Shown piece by piece: positions 37,415 to 47,324 of a stretch of DNA of 64,000 nt. The position numbers were made by a program, and so were the translations under genes. The number at the start of each line of letters is the position of its first letter. The first letter of the stretch is position 1. The DNA is from an uncultured virus (IMG/VR IMGVR_UViG_3300031975_000839). Lineage: Duplodnaviria; Heunggongvirae; Uroviricota; Caudoviricetes. Location of the stretch: the IMG/VR virus record IMGVR_UViG_3300031975_000839, one strand, 5' to 3'. The notes beneath the pieces were generated by a model. The model made no database searches and was not told the DNA's origin. It saw only the letters and a program-made list of their open reading frames with translations.

Positions 37415-38220
37415 TACTTATCAGTTCCACTTTCAGAATCAAAATTCTTTGCGTCTTGGAAGAAAGATGTTGTTTCATTAAACCCAAAATCATCATCTGC
37501 ATCAGCAGTAAATGGTTTTGGTGCAACTGTGTATCGTTGCTCTCTTTTAGGTGCATTATCTTGAATATCTGTATACTGGTCAACTTGTACTGTCTTAATA
37601 ACTTTCTGTGAAGTAACTGGGCCATATAAGTAAAACTTAGTTGTAAATGCTAAAGTGTAAATGATTGCTCGTCTTTCACCATACTCACCACGATAGTTGT
37701 CCTCATATGAAACACTATTTAAAATAATAGGAACATCTCTTGCTATTCCCATATCTGTCATATCTTTAATTGTAAGAGTATAATCTGGCTGAAAGTATGG
37801 TAATATTTGTTCAACAACTTGTAATGCATCATCAGACTGCTTTGCCATTGCATACAATTCAATATCTAAATTATATGGAACAGGCATATACTGAGAATCT
37901 AATTTATTAGACGCTGATGATGAACTTTTTACTTTTTTAAATCTTTGCACACGATTCAATTTTCTTGATGGGTCATATGTAAGATTTTGTATTTCAAATC
38001 CTAATCTTGGTAAAGTGATTGCAACTTTAGTATCAAGGCTTGCATCTGCATCTAATCTTGTTAGCCATTTTTGCCTTGGCCCATACGCAAGTGGTACTTT
38101 CATAGTTTGAATAATATTTCCACTATTATTTTTACGAACCAAATGTATATTGTTAAATAAAGTACCAAATGCAACAATAACATTTCGCATGGTTTCATGG
38201 TAGAACTGCTGCCCTAACAT
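37414..38220 (-). CDS. gp15: Tail sheath stabiliser/terminator
   Basis: FYHET, VPLAYGP, EQILPYFQP. Confidence 0.92.
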   Translation of the reverse strand: MLGQQFYHETMRNVIVAFGTLFNNIHLVRKNNSGNIIQTMKVPLAYGPRQKWLTRLDADASLDTKVAITLPRLGFEIQNLTYDPSRKLNRVQRFKKVKSSSSASNKLDSQYMPVPYNLDIELYAMAKQSDDALQVVEQILPYFQPDYTLTIKDMTDMGIARDVPIILNSVSYEDNYRGEYGERRAIIYTLAFTTKFYLYGPVTSQKVIKTVQVDQYTDIQDNAPKREQRYTVAPKPFTADADDDFGFNETTSFFQDAKNFDSESGTDK

Positions 38221-38260
38221 AATATCATCTCCTTTTTCTTCATAGCATATCTCTCACGCC

Positions 38261-39412
38261 TTATGTTCCTCCAGCATCACCAAATGGGTTACTCTCTGAA
38301 AAGTCTAAAACATTATCGTCTAGTTGGTCAAAGAGTTCATTTTGTGCCGTTTTATCTATATTTGATGTGTCTGTACTGCTACCACCTACTATATATGTTT
38401 CTTGTAAGAGGTATGCATCATTACCGCTATCAGCTGCGTTTTCAAGTAATATGTTTATACCAACTGAAGTTTCATCATCTTCACCAATGACATTATCACC
38501 AGCGTTTGATCCAGTTCCATCAGTTCCATCAAGTAATAGTAATCCATCTTCGTTTGCAGCGTGCAATATTCTAATGTTTTCATTAACTGCACTTGATTGC
38601 TCTAATGTAAACTGATGCTCACCAACATCAGTTGTAAGTGTTGCTTCAATGTTATCAACCTCTGTGATACCAGTATCAATTCTTTCCTGACTGTATTCAA
38701 ACTGCTGGCATCTAAGTTTATAAACAGGATTGTTGTCAAGTTGATGAAATGGTTGATCGTGGTCAACAAAATTAACTTGAAACATTTTGTTTAATATTGG
38801 GTGATAAACTAAATCTCCCTCTTGTGGCCTATCTGCATCAGTTGTTGCAGTATCCATAATTAAATAAAACTCACTACCACTTTCCTCTGATAATATAAAA
38901 GATGTATTATCATCTTCTAACATAATATTATCTCCAGCATTACTTGATGAAATGTCTGTTCCATTCATTGTAATAAATCTTTGTGTAACTGTTTCAAGTC
39001 TTGATGAATTTGAATTTTGGTTTATTGAGCCAGCTTCAAGCTGTATTGAGCCACCAGTGGTATCTGTTCCATCTTCAAGAGTAATTTGACTATCCATCTC
39101 TTGAAATCTTTGCTTACTTACGACAAAAGTAATTTCATTTCTATTCTCTAAACCAAACTGGCTCATAATTTCTTTTTCACCAGCGTATCCACCCTCTGCA
39201 TCTTCCACATACATTTCTATTGGATGTTGCGTAGTAAATTTAGAAATTGCGTCCTCACCAAGTATGGTATCTATTGCAACAGTTGTTCTGTCAACATAAT
39301 ATACATCATGCCCATGAATTTGTATTGCTTCTTTAATTAAGTCACGATAAAGGTTTTGCTCTGATTTAAGTGCAGCAAGATTATTTGTATGGAAAAAACT
39401 ATTGACTGCCAT
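38261..39412 (-). CDS. gp14: Neck protein with acidic insertions
   Basis: EQNL..DLI.E.I..HG.DVYY, RPQEGDLVY, DFSESNPFG. Confidence 0.9.
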   Translation of the reverse strand: MAVNSFFHTNNLAALKSEQNLYRDLIKEAIQIHGHDVYYVDRTTVAIDTILGEDAISKFTTQHPIEMYVEDAEGGYAGEKEIMSQFGLENRNEITFVVSKQRFQEMDSQITLEDGTDTTGGSIQLEAGSINQNSNSSRLETVTQRFITMNGTDISSSNAGDNIMLEDDNTSFILSEESGSEFYLIMDTATTDADRPQEGDLVYHPILNKMFQVNFVDHDQPFHQLDNNPVYKLRCQQFEYSQERIDTGITEVDNIEATLTTDVGEHQFTLEQSSAVNENIRILHAANEDGLLLLDGTDGTGSNAGDNVIGEDDETSVGINILLENAADSGNDAYLLQETYIVGGSSTDTSNIDKTAQNELFDQLDDNVLDFSESNPFGDAGGT

Positions 39413-39413
39413 A

Positions 39414-40229
39414 TTAACCTACCATATAATCTATAGGTGTTTCGTATGCAAGTTGTATTTGTTCTTCTAGTTTTGTTATTTCGTCTAATGCTTGAGTGTA
39501 TATTTGCTCACCATTCATAGTGACACCACCTAACATTGCAACTCCATTAAATTTAGATAGATTTGCACCCCATTGTTTTTTAATCAATGCACTTGCATAT
39601 CTTTTTAAATATATGTCATTGTAAATGTCTGTATATGTATCTGGGTCTATTTTACGATAACACTCAATAATAAGAAACTCATCTGCAGCTATGTCATTAG
39701 ACCAGTCCATGTCTATGTAAAGACGATTTTGATGTTGATTAAATCTTAGTGGTTTTTCTCCAACTAAAATATGTGACAAGAAATCTAAATGTTTCATTGT
39801 CATTTGATAATGAATAATTGATGTAGATGAAAAATCATATAAATCATTTAATCTTAATTGATAACGAAGGTCAAACATATTATTTGTTGTTTGATCGTCA
39901 AAAGGAAATACATTAACTACGGATACAACTGCTTCTGGGACTGTAATAAATCCTTTACCCTCTAGCCAGTCAGCAGTAATACTACTATCTCTCTTATCAG
40001 TTGCAGTTACAGTTTCGTTTTCCAGAGCTCTATCTAACTCTGTTTGTGTCATTTTGTGCTTGAGGTACATTCTCTCAACACCATCATAGTGGTATTGTGC
40101 AAAATATTGTAGTGCTTCGTCTATTCTGTCATCAACTTGGTCATCTGATACATTAATATCAATGACACCAAAACCAAGTGAGCGAAGGCAATAGTCTTTA
40201 AATGTAGATTTTGAATTTGGTGTTGCCAT
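39414..40229 (-). CDS. gp13: Neck protein
   Basis: YCLR.LG, IDEALQYF..YHYDG, QWGANLSKF. Confidence 0.93.
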   Translation of the reverse strand: MATPNSKSTFKDYCLRSLGFGVIDINVSDDQVDDRIDEALQYFAQYHYDGVERMYLKHKMTQTELDRALENETVTATDKRDSSITADWLEGKGFITVPEAVVSVVNVFPFDDQTTNNMFDLRYQLRLNDLYDFSSTSIIHYQMTMKHLDFLSHILVGEKPLRFNQHQNRLYIDMDWSNDIAADEFLIIECYRKIDPDTYTDIYNDIYLKRYASALIKKQWGANLSKFNGVAMLGGVTMNGEQIYTQALDEITKLEEQIQLAYETPIDYMVG

Positions 40230-40281
40230 ATCTTATCCTTTATAACCTATTTAGGTATTATAAAACTGGAAAAGAATATAA

Positions 40282-40635
40282 TTAAGATTTAGGATACTTG
40301 TCCTTGACAGCTTTTATTTTTGCAGCCATATCATCAGGAAATGCTCCTGCTTTATATAGTGCGTCTAACTGGTCACCAATATTTGGATACTCACTTACTC
40401 TGTTTCTTTTATACTCATCAGCATTGTATTCATCTTTTAATCTTTTAACTTCTGCATCAAACTCTGCTTGTGTTGGTTTGGTCACTCCATCTTGAATAAC
40501 TATTGCGTGTTCCCAACACATTCTTTGGTCATTAGGTATTTTGTTACCACTTGAATCTGTCTTTGCCCAACCATACCAATTAGGAGTGTCAGGTCTTAAA
40601 TTTTTTAATGCCTCTTGAACCCAATCTCTTTCCAT
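40282..40635 (-). CDS. Putative tail-fibre assembly/chaperone-like small protein
   Basis: YKRNRVSEYP.IGDQLD...VKDKYPK; follows a fibre gene. Confidence 0.55.
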   Translation of the reverse strand: MERDWVQEALKNLRPDTPNWYGWAKTDSSGNKIPNDQRMCWEHAIVIQDGVTKPTQAEFDAEVKRLKDEYNADEYKRNRVSEYPNIGDQLDALYKAGAFPDDMAAKIKAVKDKYPKS

Positions 40636-40636
40636 C

Positions 40637-41392
40637 TTATGTATCTCCTAATCTAGTAAAAAGAACTCCAGTTCTAGTAACATCTGATGCACCTAAAATT
40701 TGTGTACTAGAATTTCCAACACTATAATTAAATCTTACCTTTGTATTTGAAACATCTGTAACATCAATTATTGCATACATGGTAGTATTACCTCCACCTG
40801 TAAAAGTACCACTTGTGGTAGAGTTACCAGATAAAGTTCTTGCAACACTTGTATATGATGAATCATCTGTTGTTACTTCAGTTTGTATTTGTTGTTGAGT
40901 ATCATTTAGCGAAGTTTGATATACCTGTCCAGTAAATTCTATAAGGTATATACCTGTTGATGGAAAACTAAAAATACCACTTGATTCTGACATTCCTGTT
41001 CCAACTTTAGCATTTGCTGTATAATCAATTCTTTCCCAATTTGCATTTATCACTCCAGTTCCTGTTTTAGTAGTAGTTAATCTCCATTGGTCAGCACCAA
41101 AAAATGTAGTGTTAGAAGTATCTAAAATAGTTCCACCTGTGGTGCTAGATGGTAATAATATTTTTCTACCAGCTGTCCTATTGGTTGTTTTTATATCATC
41201 TAAAAAAGTGCTGGTATTTGTAACTGATGAATCTCCAGCACCAGATTCAAAAGACATAATAGAACCCACATCTGTATTAGATGCACTTGCATCTAGCAAA
41301 ACTTTACTATTTGCATTTGCACTTGTACTATCAGTTCCATCTAAAAGTATATGGTCTGAAGTAAGTGTATTATGAACTTTACTTAATGGCAT
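40637..41392 (-). CDS. Putative tail fibre/receptor-binding protein
   Basis: T/S/G-rich; C-terminal GIFSFPSTGIYLI (C1q/gp37-C-like) domain. Confidence 0.55.
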   Translation of the reverse strand: MPLSKVHNTLTSDHILLDGTDSTSANANSKVLLDASASNTDVGSIMSFESGAGDSSVTNTSTFLDDIKTTNRTAGRKILLPSSTTGGTILDTSNTTFFGADQWRLTTTKTGTGVINANWERIDYTANAKVGTGMSESSGIFSFPSTGIYLIEFTGQVYQTSLNDTQQQIQTEVTTDDSSYTSVARTLSGNSTTSGTFTGGGNTTMYAIIDVTDVSNTKVRFNYSVGNSSTQILGASDVTRTGVLFTRLGDT

Positions 41393-41398
41393 CTAATT

Positions 41399-41767
41399 TT
41401 ATCCTTTAGGGTATTTATCTTTTATTTTTTTAATAGAAGCTTTCCATGCGTCTATTCCCTCATTGTATATCATATCTAATTGTTCTGACCATTTGGGATA
41501 TTCATTTCTTCTTTGTCTTTTATACTCTGCAGCTTTGTATGCAGTTTTTAATTCAGAAATTTTTGCATTAACCTCAGATTCAGTTGGCTTAGAAAAATTA
41601 CTTGGAAGATTATCGTGAGTTGTAATATTAGAATATTTGTAGCCTTCATGTGGTTTAATTAATCTATACCAGTTAAGAGTGTCACCACCTAATTCCATTA
41701 GTGCAAATTGATAGTAATCTTCTTCAGTAGGTTCTCTTGGATCTAAATCATACATTACTCTAGGCAT
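41399..41767 (-). CDS. Putative tail-fibre assembly/chaperone-like small protein
   Basis: YKRQRRNEYP.WSEQLD...IKDKYPK. Confidence 0.55.
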   Translation of the reverse strand: MPRVMYDLDPREPTEEDYYQFALMELGGDTLNWYRLIKPHEGYKYSNITTHDNLPSNFSKPTESEVNAKISELKTAYKAAEYKRQRRNEYPKWSEQLDMIYNEGIDAWKASIKKIKDKYPKG

Positions 41768-41770
41768 TTA

Positions 41771-42487
41771 TTATTTCTCCTTTAATAACCAACCATTGGT
41801 TGAGTTGTGATATACCAACGCAGAAGCACCACCCTCTGTTGTTACTGTTAAATCTGTTGAGCTTCTTTGTATCTTATGCCCATTTCTACCAACTGTTAGG
41901 TTATTTGTATCAAATGTTCCAGCAACATCAATAAATCTTACTTCATCACCTATGTTTGCAGTTGCTGGTAAAGTCATTGTAATTGCTGTTGAAGATGTGT
42001 CAATAAAGTATTGCTCTCCAGCAACAGCAGTAAAGGCTGTTGATTTTGTGCTTGAAATCCATCTAGGAGTGTTCTGTGCATTTACTGTTGCAGTTGCAGT
42101 TGATAATACAACATTACCAGTTGATACTGTCATATTTCCACTTGATACTGTCGTTCCATTTGCAAAAGAAACAGAATTATCAAAAGTTCCACCATCTCTT
42201 TTACTTACTGTGTCAGCAGAAGCAAAAGTTTCAAATGCAAGTATTTCAACTTCATCATTAAGATTAAGTGCAGATAAACCACCAATGGTGTTTGCAGTTG
42301 AAGTATTATAGTCCTCACCTGATTTTAATTTAACACCATTTAAAAATACATCTACAAGATTACCATCTTCAAATGTTAAAGTTTGCCCATTTGCATCTGA
42401 GCCACTTATTGAAGTTTGTCCAGCAGTTGCAAGAAAAGTAAATCTCTTACGAAGTCCTGATACTGCAGCTTTTCCTATATATGGCAT
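41771..42487 (-). CDS. Putative tail fibre protein
   Basis: MPYIG start, ATAGQT...DVFLNG, C-terminal TAVAG..YFIDT...TLPA...GW domain. Confidence 0.6.
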   Translation of the reverse strand: MPYIGKAAVSGLRKRFTFLATAGQTSISGSDANGQTLTFEDGNLVDVFLNGVKLKSGEDYNTSTANTIGGLSALNLNDEVEILAFETFASADTVSKRDGGTFDNSVSFANGTTVSSGNMTVSTGNVVLSTATATVNAQNTPRWISSTKSTAFTAVAGEQYFIDTSSTAITMTLPATANIGDEVRFIDVAGTFDTNNLTVGRNGHKIQRSSTDLTVTTEGGASALVYHNSTNGWLLKEK

Positions 42488-42556
42488 ATTTTATTCCTTT
42501 TAATCTATTTAGGTATTTAGGTATTATAAAATACCTTAAATATAAACTACAATATG

Positions 42557-43093
42557 TTATTTAACTTTTCTACCACTATCAAAGTAATATTTTTGATTTT
42601 TTCCACGACTTAGAACATAGTGAAAAAACGCTTGACTATAATAGTTTCCATTATATAAATCTCTACCATGTGTTATTTCTGCTCCAAGATATAAAACAGC
42701 ATCGCCACTTTCTAAATCAATTGATTTTTTGTTTCCCTCTTTATCATACAAATAAAAAGGCCAGTTTTTATCTCCATCTAAATGTAGTGTTAAAGATATT
42801 TCACAAGCTAATCTGTCTCTATGTGGTATTAAAACAGAATTTTTTAAATAAACTCTAGCATAATTGTATGTAGGTAAAACTGTTTCTCCAATTAATTCTG
42901 TAACCTCATTTGTTTTTTCACATAGTAACTCTAAAAATGGTAGATAGTTGTAATAACAATAAGAGTTTTCAGCCTGTGGATCTCCTGTTAAATTATTTTT
43001 TTTACTAAAGTCATAAAATTCATTGTGTAAAGATTTAGCTCTTTTTTTATCAATGAAGTTTTTAATACACAAATAACCATTATCTACTTTCAT
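42557..43093 (-). CDS. 2OG-Fe(II) oxygenase
   Basis: PTYNYARVY...PHRDR.ACEIS.TL...HGR...QAFFHY. Confidence 0.75.
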   Translation of the reverse strand: MKVDNGYLCIKNFIDKKRAKSLHNEFYDFSKKNNLTGDPQAENSYCYYNYLPFLELLCEKTNEVTELIGETVLPTYNYARVYLKNSVLIPHRDRLACEISLTLHLDGDKNWPFYLYDKEGNKKSIDLESGDAVLYLGAEITHGRDLYNGNYYSQAFFHYVLSRGKNQKYYFDSGRKVK

Positions 43094-43098
43094 AATAT

Positions 43099-43668
43099 TT
43101 AATCAAACCATTTGTCTTTAGAATGATGTAACCAAGTTACAACAGCATACCTAACTCCATTTGTAACAGGCAATACTTTGTGAGGATATAACCGATTAGA
43201 TGGAAACATACAAATTTGTCCAGCTTTTAAATTTATTTTTTCCTCATACTTAATTGCATTTGTATAATCATCTCTAAAAAAGATTAGCTCTCCACCCTCG
43301 TAATCTTCATTTAAAACAATAGATACAGATAAAAGTCTATTAAATTCACCTACATCAGTATGTAATTTATATTCTTGTCCTTTTTCATATCTCATTAAAC
43401 CTAATGCTTCCACCTGAGAACAACTATTCTCATAATTTTGACATTTTTTTACATATTCAAAATAAGATTCTTTAATGGTGTGGATTAAAATTCTGTGATA
43501 CCTAGAATTAAGTAAAGATAATTGTGAGCAAGTGCGATAATCACTTGATCCAGTGCCTGTCCATGACTGTTCCCATTTTCTTGAATATTGAGATTCTTTT
43601 ATGATATTATTGCACACATTAGGAGTCAAAGCATCCATTACATGGATGTAGTCTTTTAATTTATCCAT
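43099..43668 (-). CDS. 2OG-Fe(II) oxygenase (P4H-like)
   Basis: LHTD...LNEDYEGGE...FPSN.LYPHKV...RYAVVTW. Confidence 0.85.
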   Translation of the reverse strand: MDKLKDYIHVMDALTPNVCNNIIKESQYSRKWEQSWTGTGSSDYRTCSQLSLLNSRYHRILIHTIKESYFEYVKKCQNYENSCSQVEALGLMRYEKGQEYKLHTDVGEFNRLLSVSIVLNEDYEGGELIFFRDDYTNAIKYEEKINLKAGQICMFPSNRLYPHKVLPVTNGVRYAVVTWLHHSKDKWFD

Positions 43669-43669
43669 G

Positions 43670-44014
43670 TTAAGACTTTGGATATTTTGCTTTTATTTCT
43701 GCAACTTTAGCTCGCCAAGCTTCTAAACCATTTTCAGTTATGAACTCAATTTGTTGCTCAAACCCACCATACTCAGCGCATCTTTTTTCGTACCAAGTTA
43801 CTTCAGGTTCTGGATTTGAAGAATTATTAATCACATTATTAGATACTGCCCATGCTCCATCTCTAAAGGTTATACTCTGCGTTTCAGCATTATAATCAGG
43901 TGGTTTAACATCTGTAGAATTTGCAGGCTGGTGAAAAACTCCAGGCTCTTTTGGGGATTCCCATCCCTTAACTTCATATCCAGTTTTCAAGTCATAGAAA
44001 CTTTTATATTTCAT
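43670..44014 (-). CDS. Putative tail-fibre assembly protein
   Basis: ESP.EPGVF..PANST..KPP...IKAKYPK. Confidence 0.55.
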   Translation of the reverse strand: MKYKSFYDLKTGYEVKGWESPKEPGVFHQPANSTDVKPPDYNAETQSITFRDGAWAVSNNVINNSSNPEPEVTWYEKRCAEYGGFEQQIEFITENGLEAWRAKVAEIKAKYPKS

Positions 44015-44023
44015 AATTATCTC

Positions 44024-45130
44024 CTATATTTTAATACAATAAAGTAAAGTTGCATTGAAAGGAACTGTTTCATTACCAACAGTAGGTGCTGGATAATCAT
44101 CAGATTCCTGAACATCATCTATATATATTCTTGGTTCATTTACACCGCCAGGATTTTCTTTATCAACTTTACCAAATAAACAAGGCTCTGGCGAGTTATC
44201 AGGGTAATTAGAATTGTTATTACACAACATATGAGGTCTATTATCTGCAATAGTATTACCAGCAGCATTAGTTGTTCTAACTGTATGTCCATGCCCTCGT
44301 AAAGTATCTACAGTTTTATCACCGACATCACCACCAGCATATGTATTAGTATATGATTGAGTTCCAGAACCTCTTAAAAATGCACCTCGCAAATCAGGAA
44401 CATTAAAATTAGCACTTCCATCACCAACTCCCCAAGTAGTAGATATTGCAGAAAATAAATCAGCATAAGTTGTTCTACTAACAGCAGACCCATCACAAGA
44501 CAACCAACCACTAGGTGCAGATGTACCAGCAAATGGTGCAACCATGCCTGTTAATTCTTCAGTTAAAAAAGCTGTACCAGTTGCATCAGGTAAAGTTAGT
44601 GTTCTTGCAGTTGAGCTATCAGGAGCTTGAAGTGTGAACAATCCAGTTCCAGATGCAGTTCCATCTACTTTAATTCTTGGATTTTGAAGGTCATTTTTAA
44701 ATGTAACACCACCACCAGTAGAAACTGTCATTGCATCTGTAGTTCCAGTAGAGCCAATTGTTCCACCATTATTAATTTTTAAGTTACCACTAGTTGTTAA
44801 ATTACCAGTAACATCTAATGTTCCACCCATGTTGTAGTTCTTATCACCTAAATCTGCTGGTGGTAAGACTGTATCTTTTTGTCTACCACGATGTAACACA
44901 TAGATGTTATCTGTTCCACTAGGTGGAGCTTCTGTGAATGTTAAAGTTGCACCACTAATAGAATAAGCAACAATAGGCTCTTGTTGTACATTTCCTACTA
45001 AAACTTCAGCATCATTTGTTGATGATGTTTGAGAAAGTGTAAATTCAACTGTTGAACCATCACCACTGAATGTATCTTTTACTGTTCCAGAAAATCCATC
45101 ATCTTTTGCAGATGTTCCAAAATAAGGCAT
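44024..45130 (-). CDS. Tail fibre protein with tail-collar domain
   Basis: PSGWLSCDGSAVSRTTYADLF...FNVPDLRGAFLRG; C-terminal LLYCIK. Confidence 0.8.
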   Translation of the reverse strand: MPYFGTSAKDDGFSGTVKDTFSGDGSTVEFTLSQTSSTNDAEVLVGNVQQEPIVAYSISGATLTFTEAPPSGTDNIYVLHRGRQKDTVLPPADLGDKNYNMGGTLDVTGNLTTSGNLKINNGGTIGSTGTTDAMTVSTGGGVTFKNDLQNPRIKVDGTASGTGLFTLQAPDSSTARTLTLPDATGTAFLTEELTGMVAPFAGTSAPSGWLSCDGSAVSRTTYADLFSAISTTWGVGDGSANFNVPDLRGAFLRGSGTQSYTNTYAGGDVGDKTVDTLRGHGHTVRTTNAAGNTIADNRPHMLCNNNSNYPDNSPEPCLFGKVDKENPGGVNEPRIYIDDVQESDDYPAPTVGNETVPFNATLLYCIKI

Positions 45131-45459
45131 TAGGTTATCTCCATTATAGCCATTACTATGTCAACACTATTTGCTGTATCTGACTGAACGATTATACTAT
45201 CTCCTGCCTGTAAGATAACTTTATTACCTGACATAAATTCAAAACTGGACGCAGTTGGGATAGGAAGATCTTTTACAAGATGTACTGTCGTTCCAGCATT
45301 GAGTTTTGCATCAACAGTAATTTGACTTCCAGTTAAATTTGCAACGGATAATCCAATTACAACTGTTGTTGTAGAGGAGGGGCAAGTATAAACGATAATG
45401 TCTGTATTTGCAGCTGTGTTTCCCCCAGCAAAGACTTCATTTTTAAATGTATTTGCCAT
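45130..45459 (-). CDS. Conserved small virion/fibre-associated protein
   Basis: MANTFKN...YTCP...MEIT pattern. Confidence 0.55.
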   Translation of the reverse strand: MANTFKNEVFAGGNTAANTDIIVYTCPSSTTTVVIGLSVANLTGSQITVDAKLNAGTTVHLVKDLPIPTASSFEFMSGNKVILQAGDSIIVQSDTANSVDIVMAIMEIT

Positions 45460-45470
45460 TTAATTACTCC

Positions 45471-45920
45471 TTAACCTACATCGTCAAGTAGAGCGGCAAC
45501 TACACAATTAACTGTTCCTGTTGACGAAATTGCATGAATATCATCAACTGTCGCATTTGGTAATCTACCATACCAAGTTTGTGATGGGCCGACTAAAAAT
45601 GCATCTCCAGTTGTGCTTGCAGCAGTTCCACCATCAACAACAATGTAAACACTTGCAGTAGAACTTTGATTTTGCACAAGTAAAAAATTTACTTTATCAC
45701 CAGCTGCGATTGCTGTTGTTGCAGTATCATCATCAACTGCTGTGTAGTCAATATAATCTCCAGCCATTAAATTTGTGCTAGAGTTTGATACACTTGTTAA
45801 TTTGTAATACCACTTATCATTCGCATCAGCAGGTGATACTGATAATGTGCCTGATATAATTTTTTGTATCTCGTCTGGTAAGACACTTGCAGATACTGTT
45901 ACTGTAGCGTCATCAGCCAT
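45471..45920 (-). CDS. Hypothetical virion protein
   Basis: 149-aa ORF with GGAG RBS; late promoter at 45948-45955. Confidence 0.55.
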   Translation of the reverse strand: MADDATVTVSASVLPDEIQKIISGTLSVSPADANDKWYYKLTSVSNSSTNLMAGDYIDYTAVDDDTATTAIAAGDKVNFLLVQNQSSTASVYIVVDGGTAASTTGDAFLVGPSQTWYGRLPNATVDDIHAISSTGTVNCVVAALLDDVG

Positions 45921-45947
45921 GTTTTTCTCCTATCCTATTTTTAATTC

Positions 45948-45955
45948 TATTTATA
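45948..45955 (-). promoter_or_regulatory. Late promoter TATAAATA
   Basis: Exact motif. Confidence 0.7.
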
Positions 45956-45959
45956 ATTC

Positions 45960-47096
45960 TTATCCTAATGCTATTGCAAGAGCAGTTGCTTCATCTCCAA
46001 TATCACTTGTCAATGCAACTGTGCCAGTTGAAGTTGGAAGTGTTAGTGTGCCTGTATTTGATATTGAAGAAATTATAGGACTTGTTAATGTTTTATTTGT
46101 AAGTGTTTGTGATACATCTGTTCCAACTAATGTTGTAGTTGCAGCTGGTAGTGTTATTGTTTTGTTACCATCAAATTCTGAGTGAGCAGGTGCTTGTATT
46201 TCAGCGTAATGTGCATTTGCACTCTCACAATAAAATCTTACAACTGATTGAGCTCCACTATTTTTAACATTAATAACACCTGATTCAATCTCTACACCAT
46301 TACTACCATCAACTTGAAAAACACCAGTTCCATCTAACGCAACTGCAACATTACCATTAGCTGCATCTGTAATTGTGATTGAGCTAGAGTTTGTTCCTGA
46401 ATTTGTATTAAGAGTTAAATCACCAGTTCCATTTGTTGTGATTGTTGCATTTGCATTACTATCACCAACAATTACTGTGTCTGCACTTAATGATACATCA
46501 CCATTTCCGTTTGGTGTAATTGATATATTTCCATCTGCACCATCAGGTATAACTATAGAACCAGAGTTTGTTCCTGAATTTGTATTAAGAGTTAAATCAC
46601 CAGTTCCATTTGTTGTAATAGTAACATCTTCGTTACTACTTCCTAACTGAACTGTATCTGTTTGTAATGTAACATTACCAGTTCCATTTGGAATAATATC
46701 TATGTCTGCGTCTGATGTAGATACAATATCATTTCCATTAATATCTAAATCACCACCTAATTGTGGAGTAGTATCACCTACTACATCTGTAGTAACTGTT
46801 CCATCAGATGTGACTACTATTGTTCCAGTTGAATTTGGAAGTGATATAGTTCTATCAGCAGTTGGATCTACAACTGTTAGAGTAGTTTCAAATGCGTCAT
46901 CAGTTGCACCCTCAAAAACAATTTTACCATCTTCTAAAATATTTAATGTTACAACATCACTACTTGTTGTAACAGTAGAAGTAAAAGTTTGTGTTCCAGA
47001 TTCTAATCCACCAACATCAGTAACAAGATTATTAAATTGTAATCTAAACTGTTCTAGTGTGCTTGAGGTTGTAATTTCTGATGCTGTTATTGCCAT
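45960..47096 (-). CDS. Fibre/whisker-like structural protein with PNGTG repeats
   Basis: TLEQFR..FN N-terminus, TPQLGGDLD, internal tandem repeats, ALAIALG C-terminus. Confidence 0.6.
   Translation of the reverse strand: MAITASEITTSSTLEQFRLQFNNLVTDVGGLESGTQTFTSTVTTSSDVVTLNILEDGKIVFEGATDDAFETTLTVVDPTADRTISLPNSTGTIVVTSDGTVTTDVVGDTTPQLGGDLDINGNDIVSTSDADIDIIPNGTGNVTLQTDTVQLGSSNEDVTITTNGTGDLTLNTNSGTNSGSIVIPDGADGNISITPNGNGDVSLSADTVIVGDSNANATITTNGTGDLTLNTNSGTNSSSITITDAANGNVAVALDGTGVFQVDGSNGVEIESGVINVKNSGAQSVVRFYCESANAHYAEIQAPAHSEFDGNKTITLPAATTTLVGTDVSQTLTNKTLTSPIISSISNTGTLTLPTSTGTVALTSDIGDEATALAIALG
46386..46616. repeat. Exact 54-bp direct repeat (46386-46439 and 46563-46616), 177-bp period, inside a fibre gene
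   Basis: agagtttgttcctgaatttgtattaagagttaaatcaccagttccatttgttgt occurs twice. Confidence 0.85.
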
Positions 47097-47323
47097 TAGT
47101 TTTTATCCAGTAAAGTTTTTAACATTGATTTAATTTCGTGCATTTCACATTTAATGTTATTTATCTCTCTTGATGCGTTTCTTATTTCATCTCTTTGTCT
47201 TTGTGCATCAGCAGCTCTTCTTTTTGCCATCTGATACGCAGTTTTATCAGTATTAACAATTGCGTTAGTTTTTGTATCTCTAACTAAATTACTATAACCT
47301 TCAACTTTTAAATATTCACTCAT
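47096..47323 (-). CDS. Conserved small coiled-coil protein following VrlC-like genes
   Basis: MSEYLKVEG.SNLVRD..TNAIVN. Confidence 0.65.
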   Translation of the reverse strand: MSEYLKVEGYSNLVRDTKTNAIVNTDKTAYQMAKRRAADAQRQRDEIRNASREINNIKCEMHEIKSMLKTLLDKN

Positions 47324-47324
47324 A

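Noticed and set aside
46386..46616. 54-bp direct repeat as a CRISPR array or DGR template/variable pair
   Set aside because: Only two identical in-frame copies within a fibre gene; no spacers, adenine-specific mismatches or reverse transcriptase
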